Shown: positions 9,320 through 18,098 of the stretch, in pieces
Position numbering within the stretch: position 1 is the first letter of the stretch
Layout: each line of letters starts with the position of its first letter
DNA from: a virus
Strand: one strand, 5' to 3'
IMG/VR virus record: IMGVR_UViG_3300028800_000061
Span: 64,001 to 128,000 of that record
Length of the DNA stretch: 64,000 nt
Notes under the pieces: model-generated
Database searches by the model: none
What the model was told of the DNA's origin: nothing
The model's input: the letters and a program-made list of their open reading frames with translations, nothing else
Program-made: the position numbers and the translations under genes

Positions 9320-9525
9320 TCGCACTGTCGCATTGCCGGTGTCCCATGCGACAGATTCCTGTGTCCTGCCTGGTGGTTGCGGCCCTGGTCTTGCGCGCCC
9401 CAGCCGGTACTACCTGCTGAGACTCTGCTTTCTCGTTCGCGGTCGCCGTGATCCGGCCAGGTCAAAGGCGGGCGGCGCACTGTCTGTCGTACTGTCGCAC
9501 GCTCGCACTGTCGCACGCCGTGGCC
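9290..9525. repeat. two arrays of TGTCGCAC-like 8-bp direct repeats (putative parS centromere)
   Basis: GGTCGCAC GATCGCAC..AGTCGCAC TGTCGCAT (about 9290-9335) and TGTCGCAC GCTCGCAC TGTCGCAC (about 9475-9520), upstream of parA. Confidence 0.6.
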
Positions 9526-9818
9526 CCTTGTCCGCCGCCATCCCGGCGTGGCCCCCGGCCGCACCACCTTTCCGTTCCCTCCCCATGCTGCGCGGCGCTC
9601 GCCCTGGGGTGCCGCCAGGCGTGCGCCCGTCGTTGCGCGTCCTGGCACGCGCCGCGCGTCCCGCGACTCCCATCGCCCTGTCCCGGCCTTGCAAGTGGCC
9701 GTGTGCTGTGCTAACCGCCACGGCATGCGCTATCCGTTACTGGCGTACCACGGGCCATCAGGGGAATGTGGCGGATGTACTTCACAACGCCCGCGCGAAC
9801 GGTCTACGATCCGTGCAC

Positions 9819-10580
9819 ATGACCTCCAGGACGGCTGCTGCTACCACCAGCAACACGCCCGCTGCGCATCCACTGTTCAATGTCACCTACGTGCCCGGCC
9901 GGCCGGTCACGGTCATCGCTGTCGCCTCCCAGAAGGGAGGGGTCGGTAAGACGACTGTTGCCATGACCTTCGCAGCGGCGTTCGCGCACATCGGCTATAA
10001 GGTCCTGCTTGTTGACATCGATCCGCAAGCGAGCGCGTACGACATGTCGCAGCTGATGGGGGACGCGTGCCCTTACCAGGTCGTGCACGAGGTCAACCCA
10101 GCCGAGCTCGCCACGTTGCGGGATATCGGCGGGGTAGAACTCATCTTCGTCGACTGCCCGGGGCATCTTGAGAACGCCCCCGTTCTCGGCACAGTCGTCA
10201 AGTCGGCAGACAGCGTGATCATCCCGTATCCGCATCAGATCGCGGCCATGCAGATGACGGTGAACACGGTCGATTTCGTCAACCGTGCCGCGGCTGAGGC
10301 TGGCCGGGAGGTCCCGTGCTGGGTCCTGCTGAACAACATCGACGCCCACTGGGGTTACGCCCGCATTGAGGACGCCTGGCGCACTCTCGACCAGGAAGGC
10401 ATCCGGTCTTTCCGGTCGTACCTCCGCGCATATCAGGCGTACCCGGACGCACAGGCCCTGGGCATACCACTGATCGAGATGCGCGGCGGATCTATGACCC
10501 GGGTCCGTGACAACCTGGCCCGGGTCATAGAAGACTTTGATGAGATTGTGCTCGGCAATCCGCGTTGGCGGCGCGGGTGA
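9819..10580 (+). CDS. parA: ParA family partition ATPase (short, type Ib-like)
   Basis: SQKGGVGKTT deviant Walker A, VLLVDIDPQAS, IFVDCPG; true start probably ATG 9819. Confidence 0.92.
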   Translation: MTSRTAAATTSNTPAAHPLFNVTYVPGRPVTVIAVASQKGGVGKTTVAMTFAAAFAHIGYKVLLVDIDPQASAYDMSQLMGDACPYQVVHEVNPAELATLRDIGGVELIFVDCPGHLENAPVLGTVVKSADSVIIPYPHQIAAMQMTVNTVDFVNRAAAEAGREVPCWVLLNNIDAHWGYARIEDAWRTLDQEGIRSFRSYLRAYQAYPDAQALGIPLIEMRGGSMTRVRDNLARVIEDFDEIVLGNPRWRRG

Positions 10581-11260
10581 GTCCGCAGCCGCGCGTGTCG
10601 CTCGCCGCAGTGCGAGCCCAGCAGATAGCTGATGCGGCGGCCAGCGCGCCGCCTGGCGAAGACGACCAGGGGCCCGCGCTTGAGTCCGTGCCGCCCACCG
10701 CGGGCGCACCAGCCCAGGCGGCAGCGCCGGCCCTCAACCCGATGCCGGCCAGCGCGCAAATCGCTGTCATGCCCGCGGTGGCAACACCCGCCACGGAGGC
10801 AGTACCCGCATCCGGGCTGCTGCCACGGATCTCTTTCACCTCGATCCTGGCCGCGTGCGATGACGCCAAGATGTCCCGCAGGTGGGTGATGTACTCAGTC
10901 AAGATGCCCGATCCATTGCGGGCCCGGCTGACAGGGCTGATGCTCGAGCATCGTGAAGCAACCGGCGATTACAGGCTGGCCCTCAACCACTACCAGAATG
11001 TTGCGTTCGCTCAGATCCCCGCCGATGTGCGGGAGGCAGCCGCATGGGGTGTGATGTGGCGCGACCAGCAGGAACTCCGCCTGACCGATGCGCCGGGATC
11101 GGGAACGAAACTGCACGGCGATGTTGTCGAATCAATGCGGCAGCTCGGCGGCCGCTTGCGGACTTTGGAAAGCCGGGTGTGGCTGTGGGAGATTCAGGCC
11201 GCAGCTATCGAGCGGCTTCTCAGCCAGCTGGATCCTCCGGGCCGGCAGCCGGTTCAATAG
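10577..11260 (+). CDS. putative ParA partner (centromere-binding protein)
   Basis: GTGA overlap with the parA stop; disordered N-terminus plus helical C-terminus. Confidence 0.55.
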   Translation: MSPQPRVSLAAVRAQQIADAAASAPPGEDDQGPALESVPPTAGAPAQAAAPALNPMPASAQIAVMPAVATPATEAVPASGLLPRISFTSILAACDDAKMSRRWVMYSVKMPDPLRARLTGLMLEHREATGDYRLALNHYQNVAFAQIPADVREAAAWGVMWRDQQELRLTDAPGSGTKLHGDVVESMRQLGGRLRTLESRVWLWEIQAAAIERLLSQLDPPGRQPVQ

Positions 11261-11516
11261 GCTGGTATCCCAGTGGTTCCGCCGCCCACTCGTGCAGCTT
11301 CGCCGCCGCCAGGCGCAGCGCCGGGTCATGGTCGTAATCGTCGGGTGCAGCCAAGATGTAACTGATCGTGCCGCGCACTTTCGCCGCGCGCCTGCCCCAC
11401 GCCCTGATCCAGGCCTGGTCATCCCTCGAGTTCGCGGGAAGCGGTACATCGAGAGCTACGAAGATGGCGGATAGGAGATCACGCATCGGGCTCATGCCGT
11501 CTGGTTGCACGCTCAC
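11220..11516 (-). CDS. hypothetical protein
   Basis: GTGA overlap with the rep stop. Confidence 0.5.
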   Translation of the reverse strand: MSVQPDGMSPMRDLLSAIFVALDVPLPANSRDDQAWIRAWGRRAAKVRGTISYILAAPDDYDHDPALRLAAAKLHEWAAEPLGYQPIEPAAGPEDPAG

Positions 11517-12541
11517 TGTTCACCTGGTCCTGATCTGCGTGGTTGTGCTGGTTTAGCGTACATCTGGGTGCGCTGGATGACCCGGGCGGCTTCTGGGCTT
11601 GCCGCGGCCAGCAAAGTGCGGGCGTGACGGGCGTGCCGGGCCCGGGCGACCTGGTCGAGGGGCACTCGGCTCGCCGCTTGCCGCCGGCCGGCGGCAAGCT
11701 CAGCGCGGTGCGCGGCCGCGCGGTCCCGCAGGACCTCGCTATGCGGACGGGCCGGAGTGCCGCGAGCATCCTGCCAGGCTGCGAGCCGGGCCCGCGCCCA
11801 CCCAAACGGATGCCTGACCTGATGATCGTGTGTGCGCACCAGGCCGTCAGGGGTGCAGGAGATCGCGTACACCAGATCGGCGGCGGTCCACCCGGCGGCG
11901 AGAAACGGGTACGCCAGGCGGCTCAGCGCCTGCGGGCGGATGTTCCGCAGGTCCCTGAATGTGATCTGCAGCGTTGTTACTACCGGGTCCGCCCCTGTCA
12001 GTGCTGCTTTTGGGCCCTTTTCGGGGCGGTCGCTCTCGCGCGCGGGAGGGGTTGTCGACAACGGTGGTGATGGGGTGACACAACTTCGCACAGGGACATT
12101 GACTGGGACCATCAAACGGAACTCCTTCGCCAGTGGGCCGTCCGGGTTGCGCGCAATGATCCCGGGCCGGTGACGGGGCAAAGTCCCTGGTTCGGTGACG
12201 GTAAGCAGCCGGCGGTCTTCGAGCCACTTCCACCACCGGGTGACTGTGCGCTCACTGCACCCGCACGCTGCGGCAACGCCGGCCCGGGTCGGTCTTGTGA
12301 GCTGTGTTCGCCAATCAGCGCGCCACGCGAGGACCCGGACCACGGAAAGCAACGTGTCGTAGCCGCGCGCATTCAGCATGATCACTTCGGGGCATGTTGT
12401 GGCTGCGCGCATCCACTCCCGGTAGGAGCGGGCTCGCCTGTATTTCACTGGGTGCACGACTGGCAGCTGCAGGCGCCCACGGATGGACACGCCCGGAAAA
12501 GGGAATAGCTGGCCAGCCGAGGTGGTAGCTGGTATTGTCAA
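11513..12541 (-). CDS. plasmid-type replication initiator (mycobacterial pLR7/pCLP-like Rep)
   Basis: LAWRADW..TRPTRAGVAAACGCSERTVTRW..WLE HTH and C-terminal PFLAAGWTAADL..PDG..RHPFGW.R.RLAAW, recalled as typical of actinobacterial plasmid Rep. Confidence 0.75.
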   Translation of the reverse strand: MTIPATTSAGQLFPFPGVSIRGRLQLPVVHPVKYRRARSYREWMRAATTCPEVIMLNARGYDTLLSVVRVLAWRADWRTQLTRPTRAGVAAACGCSERTVTRWWKWLEDRRLLTVTEPGTLPRHRPGIIARNPDGPLAKEFRLMVPVNVPVRSCVTPSPPLSTTPPARESDRPEKGPKAALTGADPVVTTLQITFRDLRNIRPQALSRLAYPFLAAGWTAADLVYAISCTPDGLVRTHDHQVRHPFGWARARLAAWQDARGTPARPHSEVLRDRAAAHRAELAAGRRQAASRVPLDQVARARHARHARTLLAAASPEAARVIQRTQMYAKPAQPRRSGPGEQ

Positions 12542-12554
12542 CCTCGGTTGAGAC

Positions 12555-12695
12555 GGGCGAAGCCCAGCCCTCCCGCTAAGGGGGCTTTGGTTCGCTCAGG
12601 TGGTTGGGTGCCGCGGGTTTGGTTGCGAGCCTGTGGCCGCGGGCCCAGATGAAGTTGTGATGCGCTCCCCGCCTGGGGGGCGCTTTCGTCGTCTA
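12555..12695. promoter_or_regulatory. structured rep leader, possible antisense copy-control RNA
   Basis: Hairpins GCGAAGCCCAGCCCTC..GGGGGCTTTGGTTCGC and GCGCTCCCC-GCCT-GGGGGGCGC-TTTCGT (plus-strand terminator-like, antisense to rep). Confidence 0.4.
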
Positions 12696-13102
12696 ACGGC
12701 GGCTCCTCGCGCATGCGGATCGAAGATCGGGTACAGGTGCATGATGGCCGGCCTGGTGGGCGCGTGTCTTTAGCGTCGCAAGTTTCGGCGTGTCGCAGTC
12801 AAAGTCTCCGCTTGTCACAGTCGGCGGTGGTCCCGGCGTGGGGTGTCGAACCGGGCGGGTATGCCCCAAAATGGCTACGTAGTGTTATACCGCCGGGCAA
12901 TTCCAACCGGACATCACGGGCGTTCTGCACCTCTAGAACCATTGCTAACAGTTAGATGATCGTTACTCACCTCTGTCAACCAAACGCCTACCTGCGGTTA
13001 TAACCCAAGGACTTGTCCACAATGTCTGTTGAGCCCCGCAACGATCTGTTATGGTCAGCCACGGTTACTGCAAGTGACTGGAACTAGGGGGGATACACCA
13101 TC

Positions 13103-13333
13103 ATGACGGGCGGTAGGCGTCTCAACGCGGCACCAGGTGATGAGCAGCTGCTCACAGCGGGAGAGGTCGCAGCAAAGTTCCATGTCTCTCCCAAGACAGT
13201 CGGCGCCTGGGCGGCGCAGAGCAAAATCCACTCAATCCGGACCCCTGGCGGCCACCGCAGGTTCCGTGAGCAAGACGTGCGCGCGTTCCTCAACGGAGAA
13301 GGCGGCGGCACCCGGCTGCAGGCCGCAGGGTAA
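13103..13333 (+). CDS. bldC: BldC-family (MerR-like) DNA-binding protein
   Basis: LLTAGEVAAKFHVSPKTVGAWA..KIHSIRTPGGHRRFREQDVRA closely resembles Streptomyces BldC. Confidence 0.8.
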   Translation: MTGGRRLNAAPGDEQLLTAGEVAAKFHVSPKTVGAWAAQSKIHSIRTPGGHRRFREQDVRAFLNGEGGGTRLQAAG

Positions 13334-13371
13334 CCCCTCGATCACAGCCAGCCACCCAGGGGGAACCGACC

Positions 13372-13908
13372 GTGCACCCATTGCCATGGGTCGACGACAC
13401 AGGCGAAACGCCTGACAACGCCGACCTCGATCCGCTGCCTGTTGTCATGGACCGCCGTCCGGGCATGCACCGGAGCCATACCACCAGGCACCAACCGCAA
13501 ATCGTCATAGCAAGCGTGGTGATCGCCGCCATCGTGGCGATCACGCTCGCCACGATGCTCGCCGTAAGCCTCATCGGCAACGGCACCACCAAAACTGCCG
13601 GATCGCAGTCCAGCGCAACCTCCCGGATTCTTGGATCGTTCAAAGGCACTGGTAGCGGCCGGACTCCCGCATTCACGGCAGGCGGCGAGGGCACATGGGA
13701 GCTGATCTGGTCTTACGACTGCGCAAACGCCAGCCACCCAGGCACCTTCGCGGTCACAGAGGCACCACCCAACCCGCGAGCGGTCACCGTTAACGCAACT
13801 GGTGACAGCGGCCACGGCAGCACCTACGCTTACGCCGACACCGGCATCCATTACCTGCGCGTTACTTCAACATGCGCATGGAAAACCCGCGTGAAAGGAC
13901 AACCCTGA
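13372..13908 (+). CDS. membrane-anchored extracytoplasmic beta-sandwich protein
   Basis: One TM segment, then SFKGTGSGRTPAF..W.L.WSYDC..YLRVTSTCAW. Confidence 0.6.
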   Translation: MHPLPWVDDTGETPDNADLDPLPVVMDRRPGMHRSHTTRHQPQIVIASVVIAAIVAITLATMLAVSLIGNGTTKTAGSQSSATSRILGSFKGTGSGRTPAFTAGGEGTWELIWSYDCANASHPGTFAVTEAPPNPRAVTVNATGDSGHGSTYAYADTGIHYLRVTSTCAWKTRVKGQP

Positions 13909-13959
13909 CCCTCCCCAGCCCATCCAAGGCCCGCTCAGACCAAGGAGAACGCAACAACG

Positions 13960-14928
13960 ATGGCAGCACGAGCAGCAATAGCGAAAGAAATCGCGACACC
14001 CTTCAGAGCACCGGCAGGCGACAGTGAGCCGCCTGCCGGCGTGAGGAAACCCGCCTCAGTCAAACTCGCCGCCGCAGCCACAATCGCCGCCAACCCCGAG
14101 CTCCCCGGGCTGGAAGCCGAGTGGATGCTGGTCACACCGGAGCAAGCTGCGGAGTGGCTGGCCGAGTGGAACGAAAGCAACAGATCACGTCGCGACGACC
14201 ACTCCGAAGCGCAGCACCGGGACATGCTCAACGGCGACTGGATGATCAACGGCGCCACCCTCGTGTTCGATCCGGACGGCAACATGCTCGACGGCCAGCA
14301 CCGTTGCGAAGCCATCGTCAAAGCCGCCCAGGCCCAGTGGTCACTCATCGTCCGGGGCATCCCCAAAGAAGCTCAGACGACCATGGACAGCAACACCCCC
14401 CGCAGGCCGGGCGACCGGTTCGCGTTCGATCGCGTCCCCCACCCGACCGTCGTCGCGGCGCTGGCCCGCCGCTGGTGGGCATGGGAACGCGGTGAGCGCG
14501 CCCAGATCGGCCACGCCCGGCCTACCCACCGGGAGATCCTGCACGCGCACCGCGACCACAGCGAGCAGATCCTCGCCGCGGCCGAGTTCGCCGCGGCGGC
14601 ACGCTCAGTGAAAGAGCTGCGCAAGGCAACCACCACGGTGTGGGGCACAGCGTTCCTGATTTTCACTGAGACATCCGACCAGGCAACGGCCCGGTTCTTC
14701 CTCGAGCACGTCCTCTCCGGCGAGGACCTCGGCAAGGGCAACCCGATGCTGGCGCTGCGGAACCGGCTCATGTCCGCCGCAGTCCCCCCCGGCGAAGCGC
14801 TCGGCGAAGTCAAACTGCTGTACCTGTTCATCGCCGCATGGAACCTCTTCCGGGGCGGCCAGACCGTTGAGCGACTGCAACTCCCCAAATACGGGGTGTC
14901 CGGAAAGAACTTCCCAGAGCCATACTGA
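13960..14928 (+). CDS. ParB/Sulfiredoxin-like domain protein
   Basis: VTPEQAAEWL..NR..W..NG.TLVFD.DGNMLDGQHR..AI; RBS AAGGAG. Confidence 0.8.
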   Translation: MAARAAIAKEIATPFRAPAGDSEPPAGVRKPASVKLAAAATIAANPELPGLEAEWMLVTPEQAAEWLAEWNESNRSRRDDHSEAQHRDMLNGDWMINGATLVFDPDGNMLDGQHRCEAIVKAAQAQWSLIVRGIPKEAQTTMDSNTPRRPGDRFAFDRVPHPTVVAALARRWWAWERGERAQIGHARPTHREILHAHRDHSEQILAAAEFAAAARSVKELRKATTTVWGTAFLIFTETSDQATARFFLEHVLSGEDLGKGNPMLALRNRLMSAAVPPGEALGEVKLLYLFIAAWNLFRGGQTVERLQLPKYGVSGKNFPEPY

Positions 14929-14941
14929 TCACCATCTGATT

Positions 14942-15052
14942 CGTCGCGGGTTTAGCCCCCCGGCGCCCGCGGCGGCGCAACCCCCCATGTGGCGGGCGGG
15001 TTGCGAAGGTCCCCGGCAGGGCTACATCTCCCGTGACCCTGCCGGGGGCCGC
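14942..15052 (+). terminator. three tandem GC-rich hairpins after the ParB-like gene
   Basis: CGTCGCGGG/CCCGCGGCG, CGCAACCC/GGGTTGCG and CCCCGGCAGGG/CCCTGCCGGGG. Confidence 0.4.
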
Positions 15053-15428
15053 ACCGCATACAAGGTCATACCGCCGTAACTGAACGGTGACCGCAGGTCA
15101 GTAATCTCCTGACAGGCCGGAAACGTCCAGTTAGTAGCGGGCAGCCTCACATGCCAGCGCACCCCTGGGATGCACCCCCGGGACTGCGCTTCGAGCCGCC
15201 ACCCTGATGACACCAGGACAGGACCCTTGACCGGCCACAATAACGCCCCGACTCCAGTAGCGGAACCACCAACCCCGCAATGGTCCCAATCCGCACAGCA
15301 ACAACAAGCTGGCCTCGACGCACTGGTGGACACCGCGGTCGGTGCCGCGCTGACCCGCCCGTTCGCCTCAATCACTTTGCCGGCATCGAATCCAGGGTCA
15401 CGCCGGCGTAGAAACCAGGAGACATCTC

Positions 15429-15548
15429 GTGCGCGCGTTCCTGCCCACCCTCATGATGATCACGCTCGGGTCGGTGGCTGTGACGGCGATAGTCGTGGTG
15501 CTGGCCCGGCACACATGGCGCCGCGGCAAATCACTCCGGGAGCCCTGA
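15429..15548 (+). CDS. 39-aa single-TM peptide upstream of the glycosyltransferase
   Basis: AGGAG RBS then GTG; VRAFLPTLMMITLGSVAVTAIVVVLARHTWRRGKSLREP; too short for the ORF track. Confidence 0.45.
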   Translation: MRAFLPTLMMITLGSVAVTAIVVVLARHTWRRGKSLREP

Positions 15549-16948
15549 ACGCCCACTACAACATCCCGGTCTGCTCCCTGCGTCGACGGGAGGCCCGCGG
15601 CATCATCCTGACGTCGATCCTTCTCGCAGGCATGGGAGTTCGCTTCGGGTTCCTGGTCGCCTCGTACCCTGCGTTCTGGCCGCTAGAGGCTGTCTGGCTG
15701 GTGCCGCTCGCCAGCATGGCATTCCAGTGGACGGTGTCATGGCGTGACCGGCCCGTGGCTCCTGATCCCCGGGTGGAGCGCTGGCTCGCGCGTCTCAACG
15801 TCACGGTCAACATTCCTGTCTACAACGAGGACCCCGCGCTCCTTGACCGATGCTTGTTCGCGCTCATCAACCAGTCCAGGCCACCTCAGAGAATCGACGT
15901 GGTCGATGATGGCTCGAAACTCGACTACACCCTCCTGCGATCCCATTGGGAACGGCAGTGGCCAGGTGGCCCTGAAATCCGGTGGTTCCGCCAAGCAAAC
16001 GCCGGGAAGAAGCATGCGCAATCCCTGACGTTCGCCAGCGCTCCCAACGCCGACGTCTTCGTGATCATCGACTCAGATACCTGCCTTGACCACCGGGCGC
16101 TAGAGGAAGGGCTGCGGCCGTTCGCCAACCGCAGCGTCGCCTCGGTGGCAGGCATCGAGCTCGCGATGAACGCGGCCAAGAACTGGCTCACCAGGACTGT
16201 CAGCGTCCGCGCCCTGTTTTTCCAGATGCTCCCCTGCGCCGCGCAATCGGCAGTAGGTGACGTGCTCATCAACAGGGGTGCGTTCTTCCTGATCCGGGCT
16301 TCGGTTGTCCGAGAGTATCTGCGGGCATACCTGGACGAGACGTTCCTTGGCCGGCCGATAAAGCTCGGCGATGACGCTGCGCTCACCCTGTTCGCCCGGG
16401 CGAGTGGCCGGACCGTGCAGCAGTCCACCTCGTTCGGCCTCACCATGTACCCAGAGACCCTCTCGCACCACTTGCGGCAGTGGACTAGGTGGATGCGCGG
16501 CTCCACAATCCGGACCGTGTGGCGGCTCCGGTATCTCTCCCCGCTGACTTTCGGCTGGTGGTTCAGCGTGCTGGGGGTCTACTCGCTCTGCATGTCTACA
16601 GCTTTCCCGGTGATGCTCACCGTCATGTGGCCGAACTCCGAGCGGGCTATCGAGTACGTGATCGCGGTCATGATCCTCTGGGGTTACGTTTACGGCCTGC
16701 GGTCCTTGTCGATCCGCCGCAGCGACCAGACCTTGGCCTACCAGATCGGATCCTTGCTGGCTTATCCGTCAGTGCTCCTATGGGGACTCTTTGTGCTGCG
16801 CCCACTCCGGTTCTACGGCACGTGCACATTCCTCAAGCAGAACTGGGTGACGCGCGTCAACGGCGCTGAGATCGTCTTGGCTCCCCAGGCGCCAGAGCCT
16901 CACGCCGCCGGCGCACCGGAAGCGGCCACAGCCGGCGTTGCCCCATGA
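15515..16948 (+). CDS. processive GT2 glycosyltransferase (hyaluronan synthase/NodC-like)
   Basis: IPVYNEDP, VDDGS, NAGKKHA, DSD, LGDDAALT and QWTRW (D,D,D,QxxRW), flanked by TM segments; start uncertain (ORF open from 15170). Confidence 0.9.
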   Translation: MAPRQITPGALNAHYNIPVCSLRRREARGIILTSILLAGMGVRFGFLVASYPAFWPLEAVWLVPLASMAFQWTVSWRDRPVAPDPRVERWLARLNVTVNIPVYNEDPALLDRCLFALINQSRPPQRIDVVDDGSKLDYTLLRSHWERQWPGGPEIRWFRQANAGKKHAQSLTFASAPNADVFVIIDSDTCLDHRALEEGLRPFANRSVASVAGIELAMNAAKNWLTRTVSVRALFFQMLPCAAQSAVGDVLINRGAFFLIRASVVREYLRAYLDETFLGRPIKLGDDAALTLFARASGRTVQQSTSFGLTMYPETLSHHLRQWTRWMRGSTIRTVWRLRYLSPLTFGWWFSVLGVYSLCMSTAFPVMLTVMWPNSERAIEYVIAVMILWGYVYGLRSLSIRRSDQTLAYQIGSLLAYPSVLLWGLFVLRPLRFYGTCTFLKQNWVTRVNGAEIVLAPQAPEPHAAGAPEAATAGVAP

Positions 16949-17910
16949 AGCGGCGCAGCGTAGGAGCCGCCACGGTGATCGTGATCCCTGCCGCGCTGCT
17001 AGGGGTGTTCGCCGCGCTGGTAGTCGCACATCATGTGACCCAGCCGGGCATCTATACCGCACCGGCGCCTGGCACTCCCGTTCACGCCACCGCAGCCCAA
17101 GGGCGATACGTAGGCGTCTATGAGCCCGGCTCTCCAGGCTCCTACGCGCCAGTTCGGGCATTCGAGGCGACATCTGGCGTCAGGCCCAACCTTGCGCTCT
17201 ACTACAGCAGTTGGTGGGAGCCGTTCCGTTTGCAGTTCGCTAAGGCTGCCTACACGAACGGCGCCATGCCGTTCGTGCAGATGATCCCCCATGGCCGGGG
17301 CGTGTCCGTGGACAGGGTTGCCCAAGGTCAGTACGACGGATACCTGCGGACCTTCGCCGAGCAGGTCAGGCGGTACGGTCATCCGGTCGTTCTGGGCTTC
17401 GCCGCCGAAGCCAACGGGTCCTGGTACAACTGGGGCTTCAAGCATCTCTCACCGAAGGTGTGGATCGCAGCGTGGCGGCACGTAGTGACCGTCTTCCGGG
17501 AGCAGGGCGCTGACAACGTCACCTGGCTGTGGACCATAAACCGCAGCGGGAAGCGCACTGGCCCGGTCCGCGACTGGTGGCCCGGCTCCACATACGTCAA
17601 CTGGATAGGCATCGACGGCTACCTCGAGGAACCGCCGTCTACATTCAGCGGCGTGTTCGCGCCGACCATCGCCCAAGTCCGCCAGTTCAGTAACGACCCC
17701 ATACTGCTCGCCGAAACGGCAGTCGGCCCGCTCGCGGACCCAGCAGGGAAGATCCCCGGGATGTTCGACAGCATCCGGGCCGATCACCTGCTCGGGCTGG
17801 TCTGGTTCGACAAGGCCCAGCACAACGGTGTCTACCACCAGGACTGGCGACTAGAGGATGATCCGCCAGCACTCGCCGTCTTCCGGAAGGCTGCCAATAA
17901 CTTCAAATAA
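16945..17910 (+). CDS. secreted or anchored GH26 glycoside hydrolase
   Basis: GQYDGYL, AEANGSWY.WG (acid/base), WWPG..YVNWIGIDGY, PILLAET (nucleophile); ATGA overlap with GT2. Confidence 0.88.
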   Translation: MKRRSVGAATVIVIPAALLGVFAALVVAHHVTQPGIYTAPAPGTPVHATAAQGRYVGVYEPGSPGSYAPVRAFEATSGVRPNLALYYSSWWEPFRLQFAKAAYTNGAMPFVQMIPHGRGVSVDRVAQGQYDGYLRTFAEQVRRYGHPVVLGFAAEANGSWYNWGFKHLSPKVWIAAWRHVVTVFREQGADNVTWLWTINRSGKRTGPVRDWWPGSTYVNWIGIDGYLEEPPSTFSGVFAPTIAQVRQFSNDPILLAETAVGPLADPAGKIPGMFDSIRADHLLGLVWFDKAQHNGVYHQDWRLEDDPPALAVFRKAANNFK

Positions 17911-18098
17911 CCGGGACCAGGCCGCGCCCTGGCAGGAATTCAGTCATACGGCCCCTTTGGGCTTGTTAGGTCCAATGTGCCGCCGAATGACCCAGCGAAT
18001 CCCTGTAGCAGGCGGTATGGCGCTATTCTTTGACCGCCCGCAAGGTGTAACAGGTGCGATGCAGTGAATGGTCTCACGGGGCAGGGGGTGAGCATTCC

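Noticed and set aside
9309-9818. N-terminal extension of ParA in the ORF track
   Set aside because: Low-complexity translation across the repeat array; ParA motifs and a -10 box point to ATG 9819
15170-15514. Long N-terminal extension of the GT2
   Set aside because: Looks disordered and lacks an RBS; the good RBS serves the 15429 peptide in another frame
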